This document shows positions 46,540 through 60,209 of a stretch of DNA of 64,000 nt, in pieces (position 1 is the stretch's first letter; the number at the start of each line of letters is the position of its first letter). The translations under genes were made by a program, and so were the position numbers. The stretch comes from Octopus vulgaris (Eukaryota), in the NCBI GenBank assembly GCA_951406725.2, contig OX597814.1, forward strand, positions 3,968,001 through 4,032,000, read 5' to 3'. Below the pieces are notes generated by a model. The model searched no databases. It worked only from the letters and a program-made list of their open reading frames with translations, and was not told where the DNA came from.

Positions 46540-46830
46540 GGAAACTCAGTATAATGGCCGAATTCAGTTACCTTACAGGTGTGACATCTCTTCAGCAAGA
46601 AGGAGAATATTTTTGGACAACTATTTCGATGGCTACAGTTCCTCTACCCTCACTGAAAATTCACATTTATACCAATATTCATTTGTGCACTTAGTTTATA
46701 TGAGTAAATGTCTAGGCCACGATCTGGAAAAGCTTGCGTTTTCAGGCAAAGAGAGCGACAGGCACATCACAAAGACAATCCGCGGGAGGACACAGAAAAA
46801 ATATGCAAGTCTTTTCTAAAGCTCAACATG
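46540..46830 (+). pseudogene. Possible piggyBac transposase fragment
   Basis: RRIFLDNYF resembles the piggyBac DNxF catalytic motif; little other support. Confidence 0.35.
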
Positions 46831-47280
46831 TCAATCTTCACTATGGTTGTTATCCAAATTCTTACGATGAATCTTGTTTGTTTTGTTTGTTTGTTTTTGT
46901 TGTTGTTTTTTTCTTAGAAGACAGCTCTATCTTTATAAGAATTCAAAGAATTAATGAAGAAGATAGCATGCTTGCATACATGCTCATCAACACACGAGTA
47001 TGCATAAGCATATATACATACACAATCATACATGCACACGAACACAGAGCCATACATTTCTATACTGAATTATATATGCATGTATACACACAAACACACA
47101 CAGACATACATGCATACACACATAGAAAGAACAAGATATAAACGAACGTGTAAGAGAGGGTTAAATGAAAGAGAAGGAGAATAATAGAGAGTGTCGGTTT
47201 AAAGGGAGATAATAAAGACTGGAAGAGAAAAAAAAATAAGAGAGAAGAACCAATCACAAAAACAAAATAAAAGCGTGAAG

Positions 47281-47338
<58 letters not shown>

Positions 47339-48664
47339 TGTGTGTGTGTTAATTGGATGGAGGTGAACATTATTCGGGGAGAGGACGGAAGTGACAGAAA
47401 AAAATGGCGAAGAAAAGTGAATCAATGAAGAGAAAATGGAAAAAAGCAGACGATAAAGTTGTGTATGAAATGATTGGCCTCCCTTAGAAATGTCGAGTTT
47501 CCGGATGACGTTAGTAGAGAACTGGATGGCTTCTAATAGGGCGGGTATATTGAATGTGACGAGCAAAACGGGTGGTGGGTACATTGGGAAGAGGGTGAGC
47601 AGTGGAGACGGAAGAGGTGAAGGGGACGAAAGATTGAGAAGATTAAATACAAATTTGAAATATGTTAATCATAAATCCCCCTCACACACACGCACACACA
47701 CACACACACACATACACACAAACATACACATACACACACAATATACACATACATACACATACACACACACACACACATGCAAACATATACACACACACTC
47801 ACATACACATGCACAAACATACACAAATATACACATACATACACATACACACACACACACACACATGCAAACATATACACACACACTCACATACACATGC
47901 ACAAACATACACAAATATACACGTACATACACATACACACATACATACACATACACAAACACATAAACATACACATACACACAAACATACACATACAAAC
48001 ACACACATACATACAAACATATACACAAACACACGCATACATACACACATACACACATACACACACGTGTGTACACAAACCCTGCAAATACACAACAGAT
48101 ACTACACACGCGAATTTCACGTATACTTGCAAACAAACACATGTACACACACACACACACACACACATGCATACAATACAGATACAGTATATGCCACATG
48201 CATGTACGTACATGCATTTGCGCACACATGAACATACACACTCTCACGTACACACACAACACATATATACACACATATAAAATTCATATATATATATATA
48301 CTGCGAACACAAGCATACATATGCGCATACACGTACACACAAAGCACACACACACACACACATCAACACAACACGCATACATGCATATTTACATTTGTTG
48401 CACACACACACGCGCGCGCGCGCGCATATAGAGACATAAACGCATATACGCACACACGTTCAAGTACACACGCGCACATACGCACACCCGTTGATGCGCA
48501 CACGCATACACGTACACACACACACGTACACACACACACACACGTGTGTGCATGCTGGTGCATCAAGTCGAAGCAACAACAGCAACAACAACAACAGCAC
48601 AGGTATGATAACAACAACAATGATGATAGTGGCGTCATTAGAAGAACAACAATGGAAATTGTAT

Positions 48665-48968
48665 GAACAACAACAACAACAACAACAACAACAGCAGAAA
48701 TAAGAACAACGAGGAGGAGGAGGAGAAGAAGAAGAAGAAGAAGAAGAAGAAGAAGAACAACAACAACAACAACAACAACAACGAGGAGGAAGAGGAGGAG
48801 GAGAAGAAGAACAACAACAACAAAGAGGAGGAGGAGGAGAAGAAGAAGAAGAAGAAGAAGAAGAAGAAGAAGAAGAAGAAGAAGAAGAAGAAGAAGAAGA
48901 AGAAGAAGAAGAAGAAGAAGAAGACAAAGAAGAAGAAGAAGAAGAAGAAGAAGAAGAAGATGATGATG

Positions 48969-48999
<31 letters not shown>

Positions 49000-49102
49000 G
49001 GAGGAAAAAGGAGAAGAAGAAGAAGAAGAAGAAGAAGAAGAAGACAAAGAAGAAGAAGAAGAAGACGAAGAAGAGGAAGACAAAGAAGAAGAAGAAGAAG
49101 AA
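48665..49102. repeat. (CAA)/(GAG)/(GAA) trinucleotide array
   Basis: Direct reading. Confidence 0.97.
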
Positions 49103-49570
49103 AGGTGAGTGATAAAAAGACAATACGGAAGAATGTTACAACAGATTTCTCTGGTGTTTCATGGGAGTGGACACAGCTAGAGTAATGGGGGGAGGGAGTG
49201 GATTTGTGGTGAGGGGAGTGGTGGTGGAGGCGGCGGTGTTAATAGTGTTCTTGCAACAACCCCTATCATTACTACCACCACCACCACCACCTCGCTACCG
49301 CTACTATTATCATTGCCACCACCACCAACAACAGCAACACTCCAAAAAAATCTCCCATCACTATCACTATCGTTATAACCACAGCTAACACTGCCGCCCC
49401 CTCCTCTCCCATTACAACCACTGCTCCTGCTACCACAACTAGCACCAGGCGTATATATGCACATCAGACTACAACAGTGTGTCTTAAAAGGGGAGCTGCG
49501 GCACACTGGTGCCACGCAGACTATGAAACATATAATGGAAGTGTTTCGAAAAACGATATTAACGTTTTTT

Positions 49571-50284
49571 ACGTAAACAATTTACTTCTAAAATAAGGAT
49601 AAAAATTCCATCAGTAGCCAGCAGATTGAAATGCCTTTCAAGGTGAAAATATAATCAATTATAAATAAGGGCAAAAGAAAACATTTTCCTATGCGAATAT
49701 GCTGAAAAATAGACCTTAAACCGTCTGACCACGCACACTATTTTTCACGATAAATAAATAGTGTGTTGAAACGAGGGAAGAAAGCTAAAAGAAGTTTCAA
49801 ACAAATTCAGTTATTCCTGAATCAGACCGATTTCTGGATTGATCTATAAGGGTTCTTCCTTCTTCAGCGAGAAACACGATTAGAAATAAATGGAGCACTT
49901 ACATATACACACGGAAAAAACAGATGCAAAGTCATGTGTACATTTAAGTACCCCAAATATATCCAAAAAGAAAATTTGTTTTTCTCGCTGAAGAAGGAAG
50001 AACCTTTGTGGATTAATCCAGAAATTGGTCCACATTCGGGAATAACTGAATTTGTTTGAAACTTCTTTTAGCTTTCTTCCCTCGTTTCAACACGCCGTGT
50101 ATTTATAGTGAAAAATATTGTGCGTGGTCAGACGGTTTAAGGTCATTTTCCAGCATATTCGCAAAGGAATTTTTTTCCTTTTGTCCTTATTTATAATTGT
50201 TTATATCTTCACCTTCAAAGGCATTTCAATCTGCTGGCCACTGATGGAAAGTTTATCCTTATTTTAGAAGTAAATTGTTTACGT
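49571..50284. mobile_element. Large foldback/MITE element
   Basis: Imperfect inverted arms of about 305 bp (49571-49875 and 49981-50284) with a spacer of about 105 bp. Confidence 0.85.
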
Positions 50285-50349
50285 ATTTCTCGTATTCTTT
50301 GTTGTTTACGTTTTGTGACGTCCTGTGCCCACACATGCATAATGTATAT

Positions 50350-50740
50350 ACTTGTTTCAGTCATTTGACTGCGGCCATGCTGGAGCACCGCCTTTAGTCG
50401 AGAAAATCGACCCCGGGACTTATTCTTTGTAAGCCCAGTACTTATTCTATCGGTCTCTTTTGCCGAACCGCTAAGTGACGGGGACGTAAACACACCAGCA
50501 TCGGTTGTCAAACAATGCTAGGGAGACAAACACAGACACACAAACACATACACACATACATATATATATACATATATACGACAGGCTTCTTTCAGTTTCC
50601 GTCTACCAAATCCACTCACAAGGCATTGGTCGGCCCGGGGCTATAGCAGAAGACACTTGCCCAAGATGCCACGCAGTGGGACTGAACCCGGAACCATGTG
50701 GTTGGTTAGCAAGCTGCTTACCACAAAGCCACTCCTGCGC
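50350..50740 (-). mobile_element. SINE family A, near full length
   Basis: Homology to 14200-14589. Confidence 0.9.
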
Positions 50741-50949
50741 GTATATATATATATATATTATTTATGTTATACACACACACAGATGTATTCTTTATTCTTT
50801 TGTGTGTTTCCCTCCAAAAGTTGTGACCATCCTAGAGCACTGCCAGTATCATCATCTTTTCAATGGCCATTCCTATCTGACCTTCGGTGATGGATGGAGT
50901 TTGATATTGCTGCCGTCACTCGAGCTCTTTGCCATGTTGTACCTTGTAC

Positions 50950-51000
50950 ATCTGGAACCTTGGACAGCAGGAGATTAAATTGCTTCTTGGGAACATCTGC

Positions 51001-51033
<33 letters not shown>

Positions 51034-51175
51034 CATGCAGATCTTTCAGATGTTTTGACAGAGTATTAAAAAGCCGTGGGCCTTTCATTCCCAAGCTGTT
51101 GCATTACATGGTCCTCACTCTAAACGAGATAGCTGGGACCTTTGGCAAAGTGCGGTGTCGTCCATGTGTATGCAT
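50950..51175 (-). pseudogene. CR1/L2-group LINE 3' ORF fragment
   Basis: rc reads CNSLGMKGPRLFNTLSKHLKDL, similar to the end of the 10424 ORF. Confidence 0.65.
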
Positions 51176-51248
51176 TTATAGGTACTCAGTAACTCTTAGG
51201 TTTAATATCAAACTGTTTTTATTTGTAACGACATACGAACAAACATTA

Positions 51249-51339
<91 letters not shown>

Positions 51340-51359
51340 TGTAATATTCCTTGTCACTA

Positions 51360-51560
51360 AGGTGGTGAGTTGGCAGAAACGTTAGCACGCCGGGCGAAAT
51401 GCTTAGCGGCATTTCGTCTGTCCTTACGTTCTGAGTTCAAATTCCGCCGAAGTCGACTTTGCCTTTCATCTTTTCAGGGTCTAGAGTTGCGTATTGGGAG
51501 TGATCTAATCGACTAGCCCCCTCCCCCAAAAAATTTGGACCTTGTGCCTAGAGTAGAAAA
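51360..51560 (+). mobile_element. SINE family B monomer
   Basis: Homology to family B. Confidence 0.85.
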
Positions 51561-51863
51561 TAATATTCAGAGCCGTTTTAATATGGCTGTCCGTTTGATC
51601 GAACTCTACTGCGACTTTTTAACTCCAAGAGGACATCTTATCTAGCTGGAGATTTTAGAACTAGCATTTTGGCTTGTAATTAGATATGTATAGTTATTTA
51701 ATGTATGTGTGTGAGCGTGTGTGTGTACAGGGTCCTAGTTTGCCTTAAAAATGTGAGCGGGACAAACCAACATTTGCTGATTCTTAAAAGAGCATGTTAG
51801 TATTGCTTATGGTGCCTTTCCCGGACCCTGTCATATGAGTAACATTTTACGCTAATTAGATTT

Positions 51864-52109
51864 TATAGGTCCATAATTATTGCGACATTTTTTCAACAAA
51901 TTTTATTTAACAAAAGCAATGACAATATTTAACAAAAACATCTTTAAATGACGGTCTGACAGTCTGCCAATCAAATGGGAGGCAGTAATTGAAGTAGATG
52001 GTGAATATGCTCCGGAATAACCAAAGGTTTTTTGTTACATGTTGTTATTGTTTTTGTTGAATAAAATTTGTTGAAAAAAAGCCGCAATAATTATGCACCA
52101 ACCTAATAT
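51864..52109. mobile_element. Mariner-derived MITE-like element
   Basis: Inverted ends cataattattgcgac..aacaaaaac / gtttt..ccgcaataattatgcaccaacctaa+TA. Confidence 0.65.
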
Positions 52110-52249
52110 ATTCAAATGAAGTTTAGATATAAAAAAAAATAAGCTTAAAAAGAATTTATGTTAAATAAACGAAAACTAAAACAGACATTTGAATAAAAAA
52201 AAATGAAAGTAAAAATGTCTTTTTTACCACTTTCCAAATGTATTCGATC

Positions 52250-52760
52250 TCGCATCCTGGCTGTCAATAAATAATTTAACAACCTCTTCACAATTAATCT
52301 TCTTCAAAACATCTTTATGAATGTGGTGTATTAGAATATGATCCAACCATTGCTGAGTCATTGCTCGATCACAGTTTTGAGTCTCTGCAGAGCACTAAAA
52401 GATCTTTCGGTTTCACAAGAACTGGTTGGAAACACTAAAAATGGTCTGATCAATCGCTCAACATTTGGAAACACGCGACGGACTTCTGGTTTCACCGAAT
52501 ATTTTATGAGGATCCTCGAGAGATGATCCACTTCGATGAATTCTATAAAAGAAATGTATTTCGTTCCTTAAAGAAAATTCAAAGACTGCATGATCCCTTC
52601 TGCACAAAAATTTCCATTGAGTAAAATATTGCTGTTTTTTCATAATCTGCTTAAATCCTGTGGAAAAAGATAATCTTTCATATTTGCTATTGCAAATAGC
52701 TTCAAAGGGTAGCTTCAAAGGAGAAATATCGAGGTGAGAAATTATTTTTTTCTTACCGTA
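52250..52760 (-). pseudogene. hAT transposase C-terminal dimerization domain remnant
   Basis: rc reads PTSSCETERSFSALQRLKT..MTQQWLDHILIHHIHKD (hAT ERSFS motif). Confidence 0.8.
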
Positions 52761-52957
52761 TTAGAACAGCTCCAGAAATTTTTCTTCATTGCATAGATTT
52801 TTTAGCTCCTCTTGTGCCAGTTTGACACTTTGCAACATTCCACCGGGATTGACAGTGGTACTTTCGTTGTTTAATTGGGGAAAAGTAGGGAGGACAAAGT
52901 GTGGGGGGGGGAACTTGTCCCCTGGTATCCACCTGAAACAAGGCCCTTGTGTGTATG

Positions 52958-52997
<40 letters not shown>

Positions 52998-53287
52998 GTA
53001 GAAATATGTTTTGAAAAAAAAAAATAAAATACACGTGGAAGTGTAAGGGTAAAATAAGAAAAGTCAACGACAATGCGAACTGCAGGTATAAAACGACTAT
53101 TTATGATAGGTATTGACAAAAATATACATTTAGAGTATTACGAGTCAAAAAGGTCATTATTATTGATGATTATAAGAAGTTAATAATAATAATAATAATA
53201 AGGTAAGGGACTGAAACGAACCAATTGGTTTTCGTGTTATCTATTCATCGTTTGAGTAACACCGGTTAGGGTTATATATATATATAT

Positions 53288-53339
<52 letters not shown>

Positions 53340-53860
53340 TGTATGTATGTATACATTAGTGTTAACAGAGACACTAGATGGCACGCACTCACATACACAC
53401 GCACACACCTACGCATGCGCACTGATATCGGACAATGGAAAAGCGTTCTCAACACCGTGTTGGTGGATAAATATTCTTTATTTGATGCACATAAAGTATT
53501 GGTAATCAATCTTAATTAATGTCATTCTAATTAATAAAAGAAACTTCTCTTCAAATTATATTTTTTCACATGAAACATGAAAAGCTACGAAACAAATCAT
53601 ATTGATCCGGTACCGACAGCTTGGTGGACTGATTGCTGGACAGTGGTCTTCTCGCTGAGCCACGTTGATCTGGGGCCTAATACTGAGAGCAAGGTGAACT
53701 GATTCATGGACCGTAGTGTCATCTAGTGTCTCTGTTGACACTAATGAGGTTTGCTAATGCCAACTAACTCCCCCATTTCTAACCTACTCATTTAAAACTA
53801 CCAAACATTTTCAATGAAACCCGTTCGTTTTATTTCACGTTGTTTTATTTCTTTTTAGCA

Positions 53861-53895
53861 ATCTTGACAAAGAGCTTCTTACTCGAAACATTGAT
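53861..53895 (+). ncRNA. Minimal hammerhead motif (U3-A8 variant)
   Basis: ATC-TTGACAA-A-GAG cttctta CTC-GAAA-CAT-T-GAT. Confidence 0.55.
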
Positions 53896-54684
53896 AACTT
53901 TCTTTTTCTCACAGCATCATACATTAAAAAGAATTACAACCGTGTTTCGTGGTCTGCTACCCCAACAGCTCCTTTATAGGATCCAGTTAGCTCAAGACAT
54001 CATCAGGAAGAACCACGTACGGTTTCGGCCCCTACTCCTCTACCGTTTTGACGTGGTGCCCCTCCCCTTTCGGAGGTATCTTCAGCTCTGGTGTTGGGTG
54101 CATGTCTTCTTTCAGCCGGTGACTGACTGACTTGTCAATTTTTTTCCTTTAAATACCTGCCGCTAGGCTCCAGCAGGCAGCCCCAGCAAGTTGTCACGTG
54201 ACACTGTCTTACCTTAACTGACTAGTGAAGGCGATTAGTCTTAGCCCGCGCATTCTCTAAACGACCGTCACCTGTCATTCAGCGAAGTTAATTCAGTGTC
54301 AGCCTATCTCACCTAGTGATGTTATTTCCCGCCGACATGTTATGACTTTCCAGCCATTTTCGGTCTTCCCGCTTCAGCCATATATTTTATATACATATGA
54401 AAAAACTATTTGGGTTTTCTCTTTATTTTTACTGTAATTTTGCTCCGGTGGATTAACCTCGCCTACGCAAATCCGCAAGATTCTTCCGATTCTTGATTAC
54501 CAACGACTGGAACTTGGTGCCAATTTTTGAATGTAAAGAACCAGTTGATATGATCGTAGACTCAGACAATTAGACAGAAATACATAAAATTAATAAAATC
54601 AATTAAACACACTGGAAGAACAGACTTCTCTGGCTTCGGTTCAAATGATTTTTGCCTTAATGAAAGACTGTGCACACACACGCG

Positions 54685-54741
<57 letters not shown>

Positions 54742-55049
54742 ACACATACAGACAGGCACTCAACATACACATATATACGTGCATACTCGCGCACACATAA
54801 TCATATACATGTATATACACACACACATATAAATAAATACATATATATATATATACATACATAAAGGTGTATTGGAATGTATATATTTATATCTACATAT
54901 GTATGTGTGTGTTTGTGTAAAAATGTATGTATATGTAGGAATATATGTATATACATTTACGTAACTCTGTATGTGTGCATACCAGTGCACCATATACACA
55001 TACGCCACATACATACGCACAAACACACACAAACATATATATACACATG

Positions 55050-55141
<92 letters not shown>

Positions 55142-55177
55142 TGTGTGTTTTTGTTTGAGAATGCATATATGTGTTTA

Positions 55178-55225
<48 letters not shown>

Positions 55226-55738
55226 GTGTGTGTATGTGCCTATATGCACTCATGAATATATCATACTATATATACAGATATATACATATATATATATGTG
55301 TGTGTGTCAAATGCAGAGTTATGGATAATTTACATAGATAGTTGACGTGTATGAGATAGAAGGGAATAGGATTGTAAGTGTGTATATGTGTTTATGTGTG
55401 TGTACATGTGTGTGCTGCAGAAAAAGACGAGGAGCCGGTTTATGTGATAAACAACGTATAATATCGCCAAGGAATATCTTTTTCAATACAACACGGCTGT
55501 CAGTGCGAAAGGCAGCAGTTATCTCTATGTCGGTAGAGTGGTTGATTTATTGGGGTTTGTGGGTGGGCAGGCTACCCAAGTTCTTGGTTTACCCATAATA
55601 CAACATCAAACCTTCCACTCTTCCTCTTCTGATCCTCTTTCACGTCTTCATTCAGCTACTAAATTATATAGACACTCACCCATATACACTCAGTTCACAT
55701 ATACTACACACGCATATGCATTATATATATAAAAATAA

Positions 55739-56130
55739 GGCGCGGTGGCCGAAACGTTAGCACGCCAGGCGAAATGCTTAACAGTATTTCGTCTGCCGCT
55801 ACGTTCTGAGTTCAAATTCCGCCGAAGGTCGTCTTTGCCTTTCATCCTTTCGGGGTCGATTAAATAAGTACCAGTTACGCACTGGGATCGATATAATCGA
55901 CTTAATCCGTTTGTCTGTCGTTGTTTGTCCTCTGTGTTTAGCTCCTTGTGGGTAGTAAAGAAATAGGTATTTCGTCTGTCTTTACGTTCTGAGTTCAAAT
56001 TCCCCGAAGGTTAACTTTGCCTTTCATCCTTCCGGGGTTGATTAAATAAGTACCAGTTACGTACTGGAGTCGATCTAATTGACTGGCCCCCTCCCTCAAA
56101 ATTTCGGACTGTGTGCCGAGAGTAGAAAAC
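55739..56130 (+). mobile_element. SINE family B (dimeric)
   Basis: Homology to family B. Confidence 0.88.
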
Positions 56131-56212
56131 TATATATATATATATAAGAATTTTTCCGTAATGAGATAAAAAACCAAGGCTGTGTAGATATTAGAACATT
56201 TATAGATAAAAG

Positions 56213-56260
56213 GTCTTACAGCTGTTTCGAAGATATTTATTGTATCCCTTCATCGGAGAC
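56213..56260 (-). ncRNA. Hammerhead motif (U4C variant)
   Basis: rc: GTCT-CCGATGA-A-GGGATA caataaa TATCTT-C-GAAA-CAGCTG-TA-AGAC. Confidence 0.68.
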
Positions 56261-56562
56261 AGTGTGAGAGGATAATTAAGTAATGGTTAATTTACATGGG
56301 ATACAAAATAGAGAGTGAGGTGGCGGAAAGAAAATAGATGTGAGATAAGTAAGGATATTGAAGTTGTAAATCCATTTTTTAGGCGGAAACGTTAGCACGT
56401 CTGTTTTTACGTTCTGAGTTCAAATTCCGGCGATGTCGACGACTTTGCCTTTCATCCTTTCGGGGTTGATAAATTAAGTACCGCAGTTCTATATTTGAAA
56501 GAAGAGGAATTGTGTACATTATTTACATTTGATGGATATTTGTCCTCATCTTGTTTGTTGCT

Positions 56563-56608
56563 AACATAACGTTTCGGCTGATATACCCTCCAGCCTTCAT
56601 CAGATGTC
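56563..56608 (-). ncRNA. Minimal type-I hammerhead, canonical core
   Basis: rc: GACAT-CTGATGA-A-GGCTG gagggtatat CAGCC-GAAA-CGT-T-ATGTT. Confidence 0.82.
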
Positions 56609-56630
56609 TTGGGGAAATTTCAAACCCCAA

Positions 56631-56676
56631 GACACCTGATGAAGGCTGGAGGGTATATCAGCCGAAACATTGTGTT
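56631..56676 (+). ncRNA. Minimal type-I hammerhead, canonical core
   Basis: GACAC-CTGATGA-A-GGCTG gagggtatat CAGCC-GAAA-CAT-T-GTGTT. Confidence 0.78.
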
Positions 56677-57003
56677 AACAACAAACAAGATCAGATAAAT
56701 ATCCGTCAAATGTAAATAATTTAAATAAGTACCAGTTGTGTACTGGGGTCGATCTAATCGACTGGCCCCCTCCCCAAAATTTCGGACTTTGAGCCTAGAG
56801 TAGAAAAGAATAGTATTTATTTATTAACTTTTATTATTATATTTCCTTACATTATTTTTCTCCATGTCTTTATTGAGTAAATAGCCACATCCATCTAAAC
56901 ATTTTTTTTTGTCATGGAATACAAGACACGAGAAATGTTATGTTGTGATAAATATCTTCGTTAAAAATTCTAATTAAACTTACCAAAAGATTTATTCTTT
57001 TAA

Positions 57004-57539
57004 TTGTTTCAGTCATTTGACTGCGGCCATACTGGAGTACCGCCTTTAGTCGACCAAATCGACAACCCCACCACCAAGACTTATTCTTTGTAAGCCTAGT
57101 ACTTATTTATCGGTACCTATTGCTGAACCGCCAAGTTACAGAGACATGAATATACCAATAGGTTGTCAAGCGATGGTTGGGGGACAAACAAAGACACACA
57201 AAAATACATATACATATACATATATATATATATTATGTAAGGTATAAGTTAGAAGTGTTAAGCCTTCTAAGGGACAGAAGTATCCAGAGGCACTCCTGGT
57301 AATTACCTCCGTAAGTATGGTCCTTGGCATAAGGTATACGGCAGCAGGTAATTTAAAAAGGTAAACCGTAGTTTAATGTATATATAGACGATCAGAAAAT
57401 GGAGGAAAGACAACAAATAAAAGTGTGTCTGTGGGGCTAAAAAGCCATTGCTTAATTAATTAAGCAAGGTTAATTAAATAATGGGTTTTTAGCACCACAG
57501 ACACACTTCTATTTGTTGTTTTTCCTCCATTTTCTTATC

Positions 57540-57622
<83 letters not shown>

Positions 57623-57893
57623 TATATGGGTACAGGACGTCACGCAAACAACGAGAGAAACAAATGGAAAGCAGGACAAGTAACATGAAGAACGACCCTT
57701 CATCAGTTGTCGGCTGTCTGTCTACTCCTGCGGGCTTCTTTCAGTTTACGTCTAACAAATCCAATCACAAGGCCCCGGGCTTTGGTAGGCCTGAGGCTAT
57801 AGTAGAAGATACCCAAGGTTCCACGCAGTGGGACTGAACCTGAAACGGTGTGGTCGGAATGCAAGCTTCTTACCACACAGCTACACCTGCACC
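57004..57893 (-). mobile_element. SINE family A split by nested insertions
   Basis: Tail 57004-57200 and head 57731-57893; inserted elements between them. Confidence 0.75.
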
Positions 57894-57916
57894 TATATAT
57901 ATATATATATACATAT

Positions 57917-59095
57917 TCTATTGAAAAAGCTATGCATCATTGGTGTCTCTGGAAAGTTACAACAATGGATCAAGTGTTCCCTGACAGGCAGAGCCCAACG
58001 CGTTGTGGTCGAAGGAATAAAATCAAGCCCAGTCAAAGTCAGTAGTGGTGTTCCTCAAGGCACTGTTTTGGGCCCACTTCTTTTCATCATTTACATCAAT
58101 GACATTACTGACATCATCAGGCACAGTAGTATAAGAATCTTTGCAGATGATTCCATGTTCCAAAAGGTCATCAACGAAGTGGGTGACCTGGCATGCCTTC
58201 AGTCAGATCAACTGGCTGTCATCCAATGAGCAGAAAAGCATAATTTGCTGCTGAACGAGGACAAATTTGAGTCAATCTACTTCGGAAAAGAGGATACTCT
58301 GAAACTCCCATACTCCCTTCATTCTGGTGAAACTCTCACCAGAGACATAGGAGTAATTGTGAACAACAACATAAGCTGGTCCGCTCATATAAGCAGCAAA
58401 GTTAACATGGCCGGCAGTTAACATGTTCCTGGATTCTCAGAACTTTCTAGTCGAGAGATATCCACACCATTATCCTTCTCTTCTCCGTTTTTGCCCGATC
58501 CCCGCCTTGAATACTGTTGTCCACTGTGATCTCCCCACGTGAAACAAAGTATCATTAATATTGAAGAACTTCAAAGGTCAATTACAAAAAAAAAAAAAAA
58601 GATAGATGGCATGACAGGCCTTGACTATTGGAGTCAAATAGGAAAAGCTCAAGCTTTATTGATGTGAGCGCTACATAATCTGCATGATGAGGAAAATATT
58701 CCATCAGCATTGCCCAAATGATGTTGGCATCAGCTTTAAGATACACTCAAGATTTGGACCCCGTGCTATCCGCCGACGCCAAAAATCATACTCGCATCAC
58801 ATGACAACAATACGGCACAATTATTTCACCTCAATTAGCCCCACTTACTTTAACATTACACCAAAACACATTAAAGCAGAAACAGACCCCATAAAGTTCA
58901 AGAAGTCTTTACACAAATCCCTTCAAAATATCCTGGATAACCCTCCTACATTCGGATATGTCTCCGACAACAATAACTCTCTTCTCGAGTGGGCCATGTT
59001 GTCCGATTCCTGATTTGAATGACTTTGCCAGGCGAGGCTATTAAGTAAGACATAGCCTGGGCCCAATACTGGCCGAAACCTTTCAAAGTATCAAA
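57917..59095 (+). pseudogene. CR1/L2-group LINE RT remnant with 3' end
   Basis: SGVPQGTVLGPLLFIIYIND, IRIFADDS, LEYCCPL; stops and frameshifts. Confidence 0.92.
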
Positions 59096-59101
59096 GCATC
59101 A

Positions 59102-59200
<99 letters not shown>

Positions 59201-59625
59201 CACGTACACACACATTGATATATGAATGATAATGAACGTAATTCACATGCAAGCTCATATATACGCTTTTAAATACATACATACATACATACATACATAC
59301 ATACATACATACATACACATACATACTGCACTGATGTGTATACACATCTTCATATATCATAATCAAGACCTATACACATTCATATATGTGCAAACATTCA
59401 CACACACATACACAAACACAGGTATATATATATATGCAGAAATACCTATACACACGCACACACAAACACAGAAATGCAGATATATGTTACGTGTATGGCT
59501 GCGTGTTTGGTTGTGGGTCGCATATACACAGGAAAACACGCGCATATAAATATATATATGTATTTGTGTATGCGTGTATATAGGTCTATATACAGAGGCA
59601 CACACTCACACATATATATACATAC

Positions 59626-59657
<32 letters not shown>

Positions 59658-60157
59658 GTATATATATGTATATATATACATATGTGTGTGTATGTGTGTG
59701 TATACATGCATTCATGCACACACAATTAATGGAAGACCATTTATCATTTTGGCGCCAATGAGACAAAAATCGATCGGTGGTCACCAAACTTTAGCCTTTT
59801 TTTGCTCAACTGTACAGTAGCCATTTTGAAGAATCCCTCGAAGTCATCAAAGTTTGGCGACAAGACTCCTGGAGCTAACAGCATCAGGAATACAGCAATA
59901 CTAGTGAAGGCCATTTGACTTCTACAATGGAATCAAACAACTGAAGGAGTTTGTGGTCTGTGGGTGGACATTTCAGAGAGAAAGAGAGAAAAAAAGAAAT
60001 CAGATGACCACAAATATGGCATTGTAGTACAGGAACTCACTTCATAGTCACGTGGTTACCGCTTGTTCGGTACCATTGATATGTATCGTTTATATTTTGA
60101 TTTTGATTGCTATATTGTATCCCCTTTACCTTCTCCACACACATATATACATTCCAG

Positions 60158-60209
<52 letters not shown>

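Larger units (their letters stand above)
56381..56810 (+). mobile_element. SINE family B interrupted by a palindromic HHR element
   Basis: SINE body stops near 56482 and resumes near 56722. Confidence 0.75.

Noticed and set aside
57695-57712. Minus-strand CTGATGAAGGG (also CTGAAGAAGGGG near 34366 and plus-strand CTGAGGA near 46195)
   Set aside because: No downstream GAAA and stem III, so incomplete as a hammerhead.
59725-60060. GRPFII..HQTLAF resembling Gypsy RNase H
   Set aside because: Similarity too short and degraded to support a call.
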